DNA of 64,000 nucleotides from the human T2T-CHM13v2.0 reference genome, Homo sapiens: assembly GCF_009914755.1 (NCBI RefSeq), contig NC_060938.1. The stretch is one strand, 5' to 3'. Shown here in pieces: positions 39,858 through 55,740 of this stretch; position 1 is the first letter of the stretch; the number at the start of each line of letters is the position of its first letter. Under the pieces are notes generated by a model. The model saw only the letters and a program-made list of their open reading frames with translations, had not been told where the DNA came from and ran no database searches. The position numbers were made by a program, and so were the translations under genes.

Positions 39858-41636
39858 TAATTTATCAAAATACTGCATGGAAGCACCAGGGCCCTGGGCA
39901 GCTTCTGCCCTCCATGAGACATTGGAGTCCCCAAGTGTCCCTGGGGCTTATGTACGGCATGTGAGGTGTTTCTCTCCCCTGCTTGGTGCTGTGTTGTGTC
40001 ACTAGGCCCCACAGAGCACTGCTTGTACCCACTGTCCCCAAAGACTCTCTCAAACTTGGTTCCTGCATCTTCCAGCCCTGATTCCATTTTCTTTGTAAAT
40101 CAAAAAGAGCTTCAGAATAAGAAAAAGGAAATCCTCACCCTATTCCTCCTAGGACCACGCCTCTACATGCACACGTGCACACACATACAGACACCCCATG
40201 CATGGCGTTGACTGTCTCTTCCCAACGAAGTGTCACTCCATTAAGGCAGAGAATTCTATCCATGTCGTTCACTGCGGTATCCCCAGTGCCTGCAACAGAA
40301 GCTGGCACACAGTAGGTGCTTCATAAATATTATTGCAGGAACATATGAATGAATGAAAAAATAAATGGTAAGCTTTCTGGAGCATCTCTGAGGGTGAGGA
40401 AGAAAGTTACTCACCTCTGTTGAGCACCTACTATGTGTCAGGCACAATGCTTGATACTTTACTCAAGGTCTTCTTTCTTACAACCATGTTGTGATGTGGA
40501 GTCACTATACTCATTTTCTGGAGGAGGAAACAGGCTCAGGATAAGTAACTTGCCTGGTGAATGACACACAGCTGGTAAGGGTGAGAGCGAGGGTTTGCAC
40601 ATAGGTCTGTTGGACTTGAACAGCATGCTGCTTCTCCTGGGCCGTGTGCCTCTATTTTTGAGATCAGTGAATAATACAGAAGTGCCAAATCCATGACAAG
40701 TCACATCACTGGCTCCCTATCAACCTAGACCCCCTGAGAGAAACCGCACTGGAATAAACACGGGACAGACCACACACTGTGGTTAAAATATCAAGGCTGC
40801 ATCTCAGTAGCTTGATGGGCTAAAGATTCATTTCTCACTTGTGTTTCTCAGCCTGGTGTGGGTTGGGTGGCCCTCCTGGGTGGCTTTTCTCAAAGAGGGG
40901 ACTCAGGTACCTGGCTGCTCCCACACTGTTGCTACATCTTATAGAGCACACAGTTTCCAAGGTTGCAGTGGAAAGGTGTGAGAGGACTGGAGGGCAGTGC
41001 CAGATGTTTCTAAGGACAGCTGAGAAGCAGCAAGCAACTTTCACCCTAACTCCCTTGGCCAAAGCAGTCGCTGACCCAACCTAACAGCAAGGGGAATACA
41101 GTGTTCCTGAGAGTTCAGGGAGACCCAGCTGGCTGAGCCCAGGGCCCTGCAGCTCCACACACCTGCCCTAGGGGGTCCTATCTCTCCGTGTGCCTTCAAA
41201 CTTCCCTCACCTGGCCTTGCTCAGTCCTCAGAGCCCCAGGAACAAGACAAGCCCAGAGACCCTGGCCACATATATAGACTTCTGCCCCTGGATCCCAAAG
41301 CTGAAGCCAGGGACACCATGAACACTTCCTAGAAGCTGAATGAGCCTTTTCTGGGACCTCTCAGGAGCCTTCTCCCAGCCCACAGGAGCTGCAGGGAGCC
41401 CCTCATCCCATGCAGTCCTGAGCCCTGGCCCCATTCCTGCTGCTGCCAACTTTGTGGCTCCAACCAGGGACCCTATCGTAGTGTCCCAGAGCTCCAAGAT
41501 CAGCTCATCCCACATGGAGGCCTCCCCCTGGCCCTCTGGGACGCTGGCTAAGTGTGGCTCCTAGAGGTCCCCCTAGTCTGCACAATTTCTGTTGTGGGTC
41601 TAGAAGCAGGATGTTCAGTCTAAGCTTTCAGAGATT

Positions 41637-41700
41637 TATCCATCCATTCATTCATCCATCCATCCATCCATCCATCCATCCATCCATCCATCCATCCACC
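41637..41700. repeat. (CATC)n microsatellite
   Basis: Direct reading. Confidence 0.95.
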
Positions 41701-41779
41701 CATGCATGCGTTTTTCAATCCATCTATCCACCACTCACCAAAACCCTGGATCTCTGCCTGGCTCCTGGGTCACCAAGGC

Positions 41780-42057
41780 CAGATTTATCATTAGAGGTTG
41801 GCTCACACAATTATGGAAACTGAGAAGTCCCATGATCTGACATCTGCAAGCTGGAGACGCAGGAACGCTGATGGTGTGGTTCCAGTCCAAGCCCAAAAAC
41901 CTGAGAACCAGGAGAGCCAATGGTGTAAGCCCCAGTCTGAGTCCAAACACCTGAAAACCAGGAACTCAATGAGAAAGGAAATTTCTCCTTCCTCTACCTT
42001 TCTGTTCTACTCAGGCCCTCAGTGGATTGGATGAGGACTATGAAATTAACCATCACA
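41780..42057 (-). mobile_element. MLT2-type LTR fragment
   Basis: ttggctcacacaattatggaaactgagaagtcccatgatctg...aaattaaccatcaca. Confidence 0.8.
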
Positions 42058-42558
42058 GTGGGTTCTTCAGAACACTAGCACCTTGAGATGCTCTGCCTCA
42101 AAGTGGCCCCCAACCAAGTAACTTTGGGAACTATGACTGTAGGCAGCCACCTCCCTCTACCCCATTCCACCTTGCATTACAACGCACCTTAGCCTATAAA
42201 GGCTCTGAAGCAAAAAGCCTGTTTGATTTAATTTTATTTAGCTTGACACCTTCCAAACTTGGACCACACACTTAGTACTCATTACCTAGTAACACTTTTA
42301 TGGACAACAGTTTGGGAAATCTCTCCTAGACAATTCTAGACTCAGTTTTAGAGATGAATCACACCTCACCCCTGTTCTGGATTGCTCTCCTCTCTGGTGG
42401 GGTAGATGGCAGACAAATATAAGCATGATCAGTGCTTGGCCAACCAATGTCTTTCAATAAAAAATTACCCTCCCATCTGCTTAATTTTTAGATAAAATTT
42501 ATATTTATCTTACATATTATACATGCATTTGTCTATGTGTTTTTTCTCTGGTCCCCTC

Positions 42559-42942
42559 TGTGTTAATCTGTCTTGTGCTGCTGAGACAGAACACCTGAGA
42601 CTAGGTAATATATAAAGAACAGAAATTTATTCTCTCACGGTTCTTCTGGAGGCTGGGAAGTCCAAGATCAAGACACAGACAGGTTAGGTCTCTGGTCTCA
42701 AGATGGTGCCTGGTTCCTGAGTCCTCTGGAGAGAAGGAACATTGTGTCATCACATGGTAGAGGAGCAGAGGAGAGTGAGCACACTCCTACAACCCCTTTT
42801 TTTAGTGTCATCAGTCCATTCATGAAGACAGAGCCCTCTGGACCTAAACACCTTCCATTAGGCCCTGTCTCCCGCACTGCTGCACTGGGGATTCAGTTTC
42901 AGCATGGGTCTTGGAAGAGACAAAAACATTCAAACCACAGCA
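42559..42942 (-). mobile_element. MST (MSTC/D-type) solo LTR
   Basis: aacagaaatttattctctcacggttc...ggaggctgggaagtccaagatcaag...acattcaaaccacagca. Confidence 0.82.
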
Positions 42943-43150
42943 CCCCTTCCCTCTCACTAGAACAAAATCTCCACAGGGAAAGAGTTGAATCTGTATTGTT
43001 TACTGCTTTATGTCCACACTCCTTCCTATGTCTAGGATAGTGGAATAGTGTTTGGCGTATACCTGGTGCTTACTAATTTTTGTAAGATGACTTTGTTCAT
43101 AGAATAGAATTAGCCCATTGTCACGTGGCAAGTACATGGTGAGGCCGAGA

Positions 43151-43480
<330 letters not shown>

Positions 43481-44667
43481 TGAAACCATGCTGTCTGACT
43501 TTGGAGTCCATACACTGACCACTCTGCTAACTGCCTCTCACCAGCACCAGGCTACAATGAGTAAGTGCATAAATGACCTAAAGCCTCTTTTTTTCTTAAA
43601 AAAAAAAAAGTCCCAGCTGCCCAAACCTGCTCCACCCCAGTCTCTACTCGAGACCTATGTCAGTTTCTTTCCATACCTGCCTCAGACCCTGCCCTTAGGC
43701 CTAGCACCAGGCTAAGGATCAGGTCACCCAAGACCTGCCCAGTGCTGCTATTGAGTCCCGGCAATAGAACCTGGGGGTGACCCTTGGAGCAGCCTGTGCT
43801 AGATTCTCCAGGAGGAAGAGAATTCAGCTGAAACCCCCAGAAATCCAGCTTGACAGCTTCCAGCTCGACAGCTTCCAGCTCTGTCCTTGAAATAAGATGC
43901 CAAATCAAGTTGTCAAGTAGAATGACTTGAAATTAACAAGTCTCCTCCTCCCTCCAGTCTAATAAAATAAGAGGGTGGAGTGGAAAGGGGCTTAGTTCAG
44001 AGCTGGAAGCGCTGGCTCTGCCCAACTTTTGTGCTGTCTCTGGGCCATGGCTTCCTTGGCCTGCCCTGCAAACATTTTCCACTGGAAACTTCCACAGAAA
44101 TAACTGTTAGTAGGTGGGTATAATACTCGCTAGCACAGAGGCATGGGCAAGATGCCAAAGATCCCAGAGCCAGGGGTCCCCTGCCAGAGAGGGTCAGGGG
44201 GGCTTCTCAGAGGCTCAAGTACCTTTGATTGGAGTGTCCAAGGATGATTTGGAAGTTTTGAGTTGCAGATGAGGCTAGAAAGGAAGGTTAAGGCAGATTG
44301 TACAGGCCTTGAAAGCCAGGACTTTCTCCTGCAGGCAACAGGAAGCCACGAAGGTTTCAAACGAGTTCCTCTTGGGCTAGCTTTCCATCCAGTATTAGGA
44401 TTAGATTCATCTGTGACTTGCAGAAAACTCAAAAGAACAGTGGCTTAAACACACAGAATTTGTTGTTTTCCAGAAATGTGTTCTGTCCAGATACAGGCAG
44501 TCGGGACTGGTATAGCAGGTCTGCAGACCTCAGAGACCCAGGCATCTTCCTTCTGCTCCCCCTACCTCTATATACGGCTTCACCATCTCATGGCCCAAGA
44601 TGGATGTTGGGGTTCCAGCTTTCACATTTGCCTTCCTGGCATCTGGACAAAGGAATGGGAAATAGAC

Positions 44668-45046
44668 TGTATTAGTCCATTTTCATACTGCTATAAAGAA
44701 CTTCCCCAGACTGGGTAATTTATAAAGGAAAGAGGTTTAATTGACTCACAGTTCCATGTGTCTGGAGAGGCCTCAGGAAACTTACAATCATGGCAGAAGG
44801 CAAAGGAGAGGCAGGCACCTTCTTCATAGGGTGGCAGGATGGAGTGAGTGCGAAGCAAAGGGGAAAGAGACCCTTATAAAACCATCAGATCTCGTGAGAG
44901 CTTACTTGCTATCACAAGAGCAGCATGGAGTAAACTGTCCCCATGATTCAGTTACCTCCACCTGGTTTCTCCCTTGACTTTCGGGGATTGTGGAGATTAT
45001 AATTCAAGATGAGATTTGGGTCGGGACACAAAGCCTAACCATGTAA
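44668..45046 (-). mobile_element. THE1/MSTA-type solo LTR nested in an older MLT1 remnant (~44390-45190)
   Basis: tgtattagtccattttcatactgctataaag...gagatttgggtcgggacaca; 5-bp flanks tagac and cagac. Confidence 0.9.
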
Positions 45047-46722
45047 CAGACACAAAGGGCACACCTCCTGCAAAGCTGGCTCCTTTGAAAGAGTTTTCTC
45101 AGAAGCCCACACACAACTTTCACTTATTGGCCAGAACTTAGTCTCATTGCTACTCTACCTGGAAAGAAGAATAGGTCATGTAATCTTTGTTCTTAGTAGT
45201 AATTTGCCTTGTTACATAGCAGAGCTCTGTAACAGAAGAGTATACTAAGAATGGATATCCAGCAGGCATCTGGCTACATAGGCTTTGGACTTCAAGAAAC
45301 AGAATACCTGACACCTATCCTTTAATTCTTCCTTAACAAGAAGTCCCAGGGTTGGATTGCTGATTCAGCAATAACATCAGATTTTTTTTTTTTTCTAATC
45401 TTTGCTCTGCCATCCTCAGGGTTTGGGTATTGAGTTATTATTAAATGATTATGTTTACAAAACACTTATGCTACATAAAAATAAAATAAAATCTATTAAG
45501 TATATCAACTCACATCACAACATGACTGCCATAGCTCCAGACATCACATCCTGTCCGTACATCCCATGAAGTAAGACAGGAGAGAAGCCATTATCTTCTT
45601 TTTTTTTTTTTTGCCAACAAAATGGCTGCCTCCCCCAGGCCTCAGTGGCTGTGCTGGCTGTGAAGCTTCAGAATCGACCCTCTAGCATGTGGGCAGCCCC
45701 AGCACTGACTGGTAATTGCATCAGATGTTTTCCTTTTCTGCCATCAAGAATGCTCATTTCACCAATCCCCAAGGGCACAGGAGGCTCTAAGCAGAGAGTG
45801 AGTCAGGAATTCTATGTTTTCACCTTGGCCTTAGCTTCTCAATTTATCTTGTAGTTTCATTAAATCCTGCACCACATACCACAGACTTATTTCTAATCTA
45901 ACGGCCTGTCACAGGGATCCAGGACATTACAAACACAGAATGTTCTTTGCCTGATTTTCTTTCTTAAAATCAAATAACTCTATTCACCACTCTATCCCTG
46001 TGTCTCGCACGGTTCACTTAGATTAATAACATTTGAGATTCTGCCTATTAGGTATCGAAAGCAGCGAGCAAGAGCCTTCTGGCCAATTCCAATTCCAGAT
46101 ACTGCACAATGGAAACTATTTCTCCCCGACGCTGTTGCCAGTAACAAGCTTTTCTCTAACGGCTTAATTAGGATTCAAGATTGTGTCCAGGAACCCAGAG
46201 CCTCAGAAGGAGCCAAGCCGGCGTGTTTACAGACTTCTGTGTTCAGTTCATTCCTGGTTTTGTATTTTGCAAGAGGAGGGAAAAGGAAACGGCTATGTAA
46301 GGGAGACACAGACAGAGACACAGAGAGGAAGAGAGAGAGAGGTGGATTTTTAATGACAGGAGGAAGCCCCAGATATGGTGAATATGGAGTTAAGTTGGTG
46401 GCCAGTCAAGAAGGTGGGGACAGTGAGAATGCAGAGGGAAGAAGGTACCAAAACCCAGAAGTGGTCCAGACAGAACACAGAGATCAGAGCTTCCTTTTCA
46501 TCATCTGCATGGCAGTGACAAGAGGTCATGAACCTATCCTCCCATTACCAATGGGGACTGAACATGGGGAAGAAGCCTTGTGTTTAAAAGCAGCGAGACT
46601 CGGGTAAAATTTTTTCTTTGTTCCTTCCCAGCTGTGTGATCTTGGATGAGTCACTTCACCTCTCTGAATGCTAGCTTCTTCATCTGGGGAATAATAACAT
46701 TGTTTTATGGAATCATTGTGAG

Positions 46723-46810
46723 ATTTAGCAAATAAGTATACAATAAGTATTTAGCAAATAAGTAAATAAATTTAGCAAATAAGTAAATAAATAAATTTAG
46801 CAAATAAGTA
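46723..46810. repeat. Short AT-rich tandem repeat (atttagcaaataagta x4) within a MIR
   Basis: Direct reading. Confidence 0.85.
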
Positions 46811-47698
46811 TGATTTTTTTGCAAAAAAATCATTTGACATTGCCATGGCATGTGGGGGGCCCTTGGGAAATATGAGTAGGGATGAGTTGAACCTTAATTC
46901 CCTGGACCTTTGTGTTACCCTAGATACAATGGTCCAACCTTAGAGCTAGAAAGTGGACAAGCCTTGAAGGAGCTGTGGGTACAATTTATGCTTTCATGGC
47001 CTGTTTCCTCATTTATAAAATGGGTTAATAATAGTGTGGTTTAAAACACAGAATGCACGAAAAGCTCTTAGCTCAGTGCCTGGCATGTACTAGGTGCTCA
47101 AACCCGAGGATGGGGAAAAAATTGTCTGCTCAAAGCCCATTATTGTACTTACAGGGAGTCTGAGTCCCAAGGGGGAGATGATGTCACTGATCCACAACAA
47201 ATGAATGGAAAAACTGAATTCTAACCCCTATTCTTCCATTAATTTGACTTTTAAGATGCATCAAAGGGGATCAATAGAAGCCAGAATAAGCATGAACCCT
47301 TGACAACATGCTGGTGAGGAACACTTTGGGAATAATAAACAACAAAATGAACAACTTCAACATAGAAAAAGCAGACACCAGAAGAGACATCCTCCTGGGA
47401 ATCTCAATTTATATCAGCTTGTTTCGTTATCACAATTGAAATGACCATTTAAGTCAGTTTTCTGATTGCTCTTTGAAAATGTCATTTTACATTCAAACCA
47501 GTCCCTGGAATCTAGCACTAAGTATCCCATGTCTAGGGATACTTCTAGCCACAGCTGCAAACATTTACACATGAGGACGTTCACTGCAGACTTCAAAATC
47601 ACAAGACATGGGAGGCACCCTATAGGTTGGAGAGTTGTTTAAGCAAAGTGTGGTAACCCAGATGGCAAAATGCAAGGCAGTTATTAAAACTGACATTT

Positions 47699-47917
47699 AT
47701 CCTGGCTAACACAGTGAAACCCCGTCTCTACTAAAAATACAAAAAAATTAGCTGGATGTGGTGGCGGGCGCCTGTAGTCCCAGCTACTCAGGAGGCTGAG
47801 GCTGGAGGATGGCGTGAACCAGGGAGGCGGAGCTTGCAGTGAGCCAAGATTGCACCACTGCACTCCAGCCTGGGCGATGGAGCGAGACTCCGTCTCAAAA
47901 AAAAAACAAAAAAAAAA
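47699..47917 (+). mobile_element. 5'-truncated AluY
   Basis: atcctggctaacacagtg...ggcgtgaacc; TSD ctgacattt. Confidence 0.92.
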
Positions 47918-47982
47918 CCCTGACATTTGTAAAGTATTTTTTTAATGAATCAGGAGAAACACTTATGATGTGAAGAAAAAAA

Positions 47983-48477
47983 GGCTAGGCATGGTGGCTC
48001 ATGCCTGTAATCCAGCACTTTGGGAGGCCGAGATGGGAGGATCACTTGAGCCCAGGAGTTTGAGACCAGCCTGGGCAATATAGTGAGACCTTGTGTCTAC
48101 AAAAATAAAAACCAAAAAATTAGCCAGGTGTAGTGATGCGTGCCTGTGATCCCAGCTACATGAGAGGCTGAAGTGGGAGGATTGCTTGAGCCTCGGAGGT
48201 CGGGGCTGCAGTGAGCCAAGGTAGGAAGATCATTTGAGCTCAGGAGTTAAGAGACCAGCCTGGGCAACATAGGGAGACCCCCATCTCTACAGAAAAAAAA
48301 AATTTTAATTAGCCAGGCATGGTGGTGCACAGCTGTAGTCCCAGCTACTTGGAAGGTTGAGGCAGGAGGATCACTTGAGCTCAGGAAGTCGAGGGTACAG
48401 TGAGCTATGATGGCACCACTGCACTCCAGCTTGGGTGACAGAGCAAGACCCTGCCTCAAAAAAAGAAAAAGAAAAAA
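47983..48477 (+). mobile_element. Chimeric AluJ-AluJ fusion
   Basis: First Alu stops at gcagtgagccaagg and runs straight into the left arm of a second Alu. Confidence 0.85.
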
Positions 48478-49099
48478 GTTACAAAGGGACACAAAACTGT
48501 GCATTATAATGATTTCAACTGTGTAAAATATGTGTGTATGTGTGTGTCTGTGTGTGTACTCAGAAAAAAGACTGGAGGGAAGATATACGAAACTGGTAAT
48601 GCTACCTATACCAGGATGATAAAATTAGAAGCGATCTCTAACTTTCTCTACTTATTTATACTTTTCTGCATTTTACAAATTTTTATAGTGAGTATACATT
48701 ACTTTTACATCCAGAAAATACCATTTAAATGTTAAATAACATACAAAAGGCAAACATAAAGTGAATTCCCCTAGCCCTTAACAGTTTCTTTCCTCACTCC
48801 ACCAAGCCATTGGCATAAAGAAGGGTCTAAAGTCCAGTTTACCATCCCACGCAAGATAAGTAAGTGCCTTATACATTTGAGGGCTCAGATCTTTGTTTTG
48901 ACCCGGTATTAATCTGAGCAAGATTAAGTATTAATTATTAATTATTAATTTGAGCAAGGCTCAGGGATAGTAACAGTTCAAAAAGGAAAGAGAAAGTGCA
49001 CTTTCAAAGCATGCAAGGGAGTCAAACTTTAGAAGGATCACCTCACCAAGCACAAAACAATTAGAATTTAAAAGGAAAAAACTCACAGAATTCCCAACA

Positions 49100-49400
49100 T
49101 TTCTGTTACCTGTTGCTATATAACCACCTCAAAACGTAAAGGCTCAAAACAACATTGATGTATTATTTCTCATAATTCTGCATGTCAGGGATTCAGGCAG
49201 GGCTCAGCCAAACAGTTCTGCTTCATGTGGTGTCAGCTGGGCCCACTCAGTCAGCTGGCTTCAGCAGGCTGTGGGTTGGAGTGGCAGGTCCAGATGTCAC
49301 TGATGTGTCTGTCACTGAGTACTACTCCACGTGGTCATTCTCTCTTGTACCTGCTCACACTCCCTCTCTCTGACTGGCTCACCCTGCCCCACCCGCTGGC
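49100..49400 (-). mobile_element. MLT1-type LTR fragment
   Basis: taaccacctcaaaac...ggctcaaaacaaca...tattatttctcataattctg. Confidence 0.6.
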
Positions 49401-50361
49401 TGGCTCTTCCACAGCACAAAAGCATGTTAGTATTGTTCCTCTTTCTCTCTTGAGCCTTTTTTTTTTTTAATAGTAAGGTTTGGTCAGTAGAAAAAAAGGG
49501 GCCTTCATTTTTAAGCCTTCTAGGATTATGAGGGTTCTGGGCAGATATTCTCAAAATAAAGAATAGCCAATGCCTTTGGGAGCCCAGCAAGCTTTCCCAT
49601 CCTTCTTCTTGTGATAACAAGCACCCTGATCATTGTAGAGTGGGTATGTAACCTGCTAGTTCTGGGACCCACCCCAATAACTTTCTTAGCCAGGGCAGCC
49701 ATAATTTCCCTTTCTGCTTGAGCCAGTGTGAGTCAGGCTTCCAAAACCTGCCAGCCAAGAGTCCTGGTAATTCAGATCTCAAGAGGAAGAGAGATCCAGA
49801 AGGTCAAGTACTATGCAGCAAAGTAGAGGAGAGAGGGAAGAAACAACAGCCAGAAACAGATCATTCCTGAGCCACTCATCAGCCCAGGACAGGGTCAGAG
49901 CAAAAACCCAGCCTCCACTCTTCTCAGTCATCACTTCCATCAGAGGGACACATAATCATTTCCTGTAGGAGGCAGGAAATGCCGTATTGCCTAGGGAAAT
50001 AGAAAATAAGCAACAAGGCAAATACAACCAGAGCCATCAGTGTTAATTCCGTGGTCTTCCAACCAGCATTCTGAAAGTGCATCAATATTCATGGTCTTGC
50101 TGTCTTTTATCAGACTTCTGACGGGTAATTACGCCTGTGTAATCGTCATAAAGTTACCTAGCCTAAAGACGGACTCAGACTGGTGCCTGCAATACTAAAA
50201 TCTTACTTGAAACCAATTTTTGCTTTGTTCTTATCCAGTTTAAAATATACTTGCATTTCTTTTTTCTCTTAGGGAGTAAAGTGTAAGGGGTATTGTAGGC
50301 ATTTAGGCACCCCACCTGTTCCAAACTTTTAGGTAAAAAATTTTATCCAAAAGGAAGTAGA

Positions 50362-50639
<278 letters not shown>

Positions 50640-50985
50640 TTAAAAATAAAAATAAATTGGAAGTTGTCAGGTGGAGTAATTTTACTATGATCTTGTCAGT
50701 AAACACCAGAATACCAAGTGATTAGAGGACTTTCAAAAGATATTTGAAATTGTCCAAATGCTTCCACATTCATATACTTATATACACGCAATGATGGATG
50801 AATATCTTAATAGAGCAACACACTGAAAGGGCAAATGTATGTGCAGTTATCCTTTGTTCTTAAAAAGATATATTTCCTAGGAAGACTGTTAAATTGTAGG
50901 TGGTCACTTTTTACCTGAAGTTGCAATGACAATAAATATCATTATAAAAGTTTTGGACTTTTTTATATTAAGGGTATAAGGCATC

Positions 50986-51391
<406 letters not shown>

Positions 51392-51899
51392 TCACAGGCA
51401 GTCTCCCCTGTTGGCACTCCAGGAATGGCTCTAGTCAACAGGTGGTTGCTATGGCTTGTTTGAGAGGTAATTATGCAACTTTATTTTACCCTCAGGTAAG
51501 AGAACGCAGGCATTGTATTACATTCCTGACTTGAGCTACTACTGAATCTTTGATGCAACAGCCAATACAGTTCACAAAGTAGCATTAAAAACTTAAACCA
51601 TTAAATTAAACCCAGTAAAGAAAAGAAGCAACATAAATGACCACCAACAGAGGGATGACAACATAGACTGAGATAAACTCATACAGTAGACTGCAAAGCA
51701 ATAATTTAAAACATTGAGAATAATTAAAATATTGCAAATCATCAAAAATAATGATTATTATGGGAAGATGTCCAAGGCATATTATTGAATGAAAAGCTGA
51801 GTACAGAATGGTAATAAGAAACAAAGAAACAAACAAAAAAAACCATACAAGCACACACACATAGATGATGTTATACTATGTACATATTATATATGTATG

Positions 51900-51903
<4 letters not shown>

Positions 51904-51944
<41 letters not shown>
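51904..51944. repeat. (TG)n microsatellite
   Basis: Direct reading. Confidence 0.97.
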
Positions 51945-51947
<3 letters not shown>

Positions 51948-54569
51948 GTGTTATATAAATGCATGGATACAAACCAAGCTGATATGGTTTCTTCGGGGAA
52001 GTCAAACAAGAAGCAGGATTGGGTTGAAGTCAAAACGAACTTTAGCCTTGTCTATAATGCACTCATATTTATAGATATATCATGTTGTATATAACGTATT
52101 AATATGTTATTTGTATAATAACATTTTAAAAAATAACCACTATAAGCATAAATGGGGACTCATAGCAATTTAATTTTGCAATCATTTACTTCAACATCCT
52201 TAATTTAGAGTCGAAGAAGCCAAGGCTCAGAGAAGAGAAGTGACTCGTCCAAGCCCACCTTGGGTTTGGAGTTTGAATTAAATCCCCCAGAGTTCCAACC
52301 CAGCCTCCTCCTACCATGTCACTCTGTGTCACTCAATAGGGCTACCAATCTATGTTCTCAGAGGATGCACACAGAGGTGGAGAGCCTGGGCCTGCAATGA
52401 CCTGGTCCCATCTCCCTGGTCATTGTCAACCTGTCTGGTCAGCCTCAGGATGCAAGGAGAACACGGAACCAGGAGGAGGAAACCGACTTGGGGTGGTTCT
52501 CTGCCTTCACCTCCTATGTGGCCTTGGGCGAGTGGGTGACTGGCTTAGTGGACTCCCTGCTTCCCTCCAACCCTCTGTGAACTTTGCCTGTGGCCCCGTC
52601 CATACACAACATACCCTTCGTATGACCCTAGATCTTTTCCTCCTGTTCGTAATTAAGAGAAGAAACCACCAAATGAGCATATGCGTAAATATATGCAGTA
52701 ATGAAGTCTTTTTTTTCTTTATGTGAACTATTTTGGCCTAATTCTTTTTTTTTTTTTTTTTTTTCAAAAAGAACGGCTAATATTTCATGAGGAGAGATAA
52801 GATCTTGCTTTAATACGGTTAGCTTCAATTGACCTTGAACTGAATCTACAAATTTCTTAGAGGTGACCTCTTCATCGATGCTTGATACACATTCACAAAT
52901 AAATGAACTGAGAAGATTCCTATTTAGATAACTAGTCCAACAGAGGATCCAAAATAAAGGCAGATGTCCAGGGCTCATGAGGAGAGTTGTAGAATCGTGG
53001 AATCTTAGAATAACAGAGTTTCAGAATGACAGAATCGTAGAATCTTAGGGTGAGTGGCAGAGTCCAGAGCTGGAAGGGACCCCTAAAATGAAAATAATTA
53101 AAGATGACTACACTGTGAGCTCCTTAGGGAAGGGATCATGTGTTGGACATCCCTAGATCCCGGCTGGCACACAGTAGGAGGTATTGTAAATAGTTCATAA
53201 TAAGTGAACAATTAAGTGTTGAGGAAGTAAGAACACAAGGAATCACTATTCATGCATTCCTTCACTCATTCAGCAAAGCTTTACTGCACACCTCCTTTGT
53301 GCCAAGCTCTGTGTAACATATGGGCACAGAGATGCATAAACCCAGATCTTGCCCTCGAGAGGTCTCTGTATAGTGACAGTCACTGGGTGCAGGAGGATTC
53401 TGGGAGGATTTTCTCTTATCTAGCCCCCTTTTTCCTACCTAAGCTGCTCCTTCAGGAACCCTGTCATCTCCTTGGACCTTGGACCTTTTACCACCAAGGG
53501 AAATCTTGCTTGTCCCTGAGCAGGACAATCGGTTAAGCGTTTATCAGCAAAAATAACAGAAGAAAATAACATTTACAAAGAGGAATATAGCCCCCAACTC
53601 AATCATTTTATGCTTTCTTTCCATACATAGTTATAGGTCTTAATTAAAATAAGCATACGTATTTGCCACTCAGTATGTCCCACATTTTTTTTGTTTTGGT
53701 GGCAATCTGAACATAGGTCAAAGTTTAAAGGAATATAAATCTATGGATTCTAACAATCATCTCCCACTAAACTTCAACTGTTAATAATTACCATTGACTC
53801 TAACTCTGGTTTTCACCTGTGTGCACAGCCCAGCAATGTTTCTGGGAGATTGTAATAGATGTTCTATAGGAATGGAAGACTTTTGCCACCAGATAGGTTT
53901 GGAAAATGCTAAAGTAAAGCTCAACACATTTCTTTACTACAGGACTTCTCAGAGCATTTATTATGTCAGAGCTTACGGTGAATCTCTATAGGGGGCATAA
54001 GTACAGCTTGTCTCAAAGTAATTTGACTGCAGAATTCTTTTGGATAAATCCTGAACTGGTGACACAGAGCAAGCAGAGTGCAGATGGGACCAACAAGCCA
54101 ATACATTCACAGTGTTACACGAGAAATCCCAGGGAAGATGATGCTCCTGTGATCTTTTTCATCCATGCATCCTCTTCATCCCCACCTGGGCTTTTGTCCA
54201 GCGGAGCTGCCCTGGGCTGCTGTGGACAATCACCTCTGTCATTCATTCACCTCTTCTCATGTCCCTCCCTCTCCCTGGGAAGCTGAGCCTTTGCTGGACT
54301 CATTCCCGGCTCCCCAAGCCTAAGCCAGAGGAGAGCTGACAGAAGAGAATAGAACAATATATTTTGGGAGGAAATGTTGGTTTTGCAGCATGGCTGATGC
54401 TTGGCATGGCTTTGGGAACTGACAGGAAATGAAGATGAAAATGTAGAGACAAGAAACAGATTGGGAAAGACATGGAATGTCACTTTAAGGAATGTGGGCT
54501 TTATCTGAAAACAAAGCCAACCATTGCCAGGTTAGCAGGTCAATTCATCTTTCCACAGGGGAGTCCCAT

Positions 54570-54850
54570 GGCTCAGTCCTTCCCTTCATCTGAGTCTCTG
54601 CTCCAAGGATGCCTCCTCAGGATGACATCTCTATCCTGCACTTGCTATACCCTCTTCCTGCTTTATTTTCTTCAGAGCGCTTATTAATACCTGACATCAT
54701 ATTTTCATGTTACTTTTGTCTTTTATCTCTCTCCCCTGCTGGCAGGCAGGCCTCATGAGGCCAAGGCACACTGGCATGTTCACTGATACATCCCCAGCAC
54801 CCAGCACGGTGCCTGCACACAGTAGGTGCTCAATAAACATTGTGGAATGC
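54570..54850 (+). mobile_element. L2 3' fragment
   Basis: ttcactgatacatccccagcacccagcacggtgcctgcacacagtaggtgctcaataaacattgtggaatg. Confidence 0.75.
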
Positions 54851-55045
54851 ATAAAGGATTTTAAACAGAGAAGCAATGTGGCCAGGGGATTCTTAGGGCA
54901 ATCTCTCTAAAAGCCATTCTTCATGGCACTATTGAAAAGGTGAACATTTCATTTAAAATAAATATATTACTTGCAGAAGCACAATTCCATCTAAATGCTT
55001 GCATCTATAACATTTAATAAAGAACTAAAAAAAAATCAGAAGACT

Positions 55046-55740
<695 letters not shown>

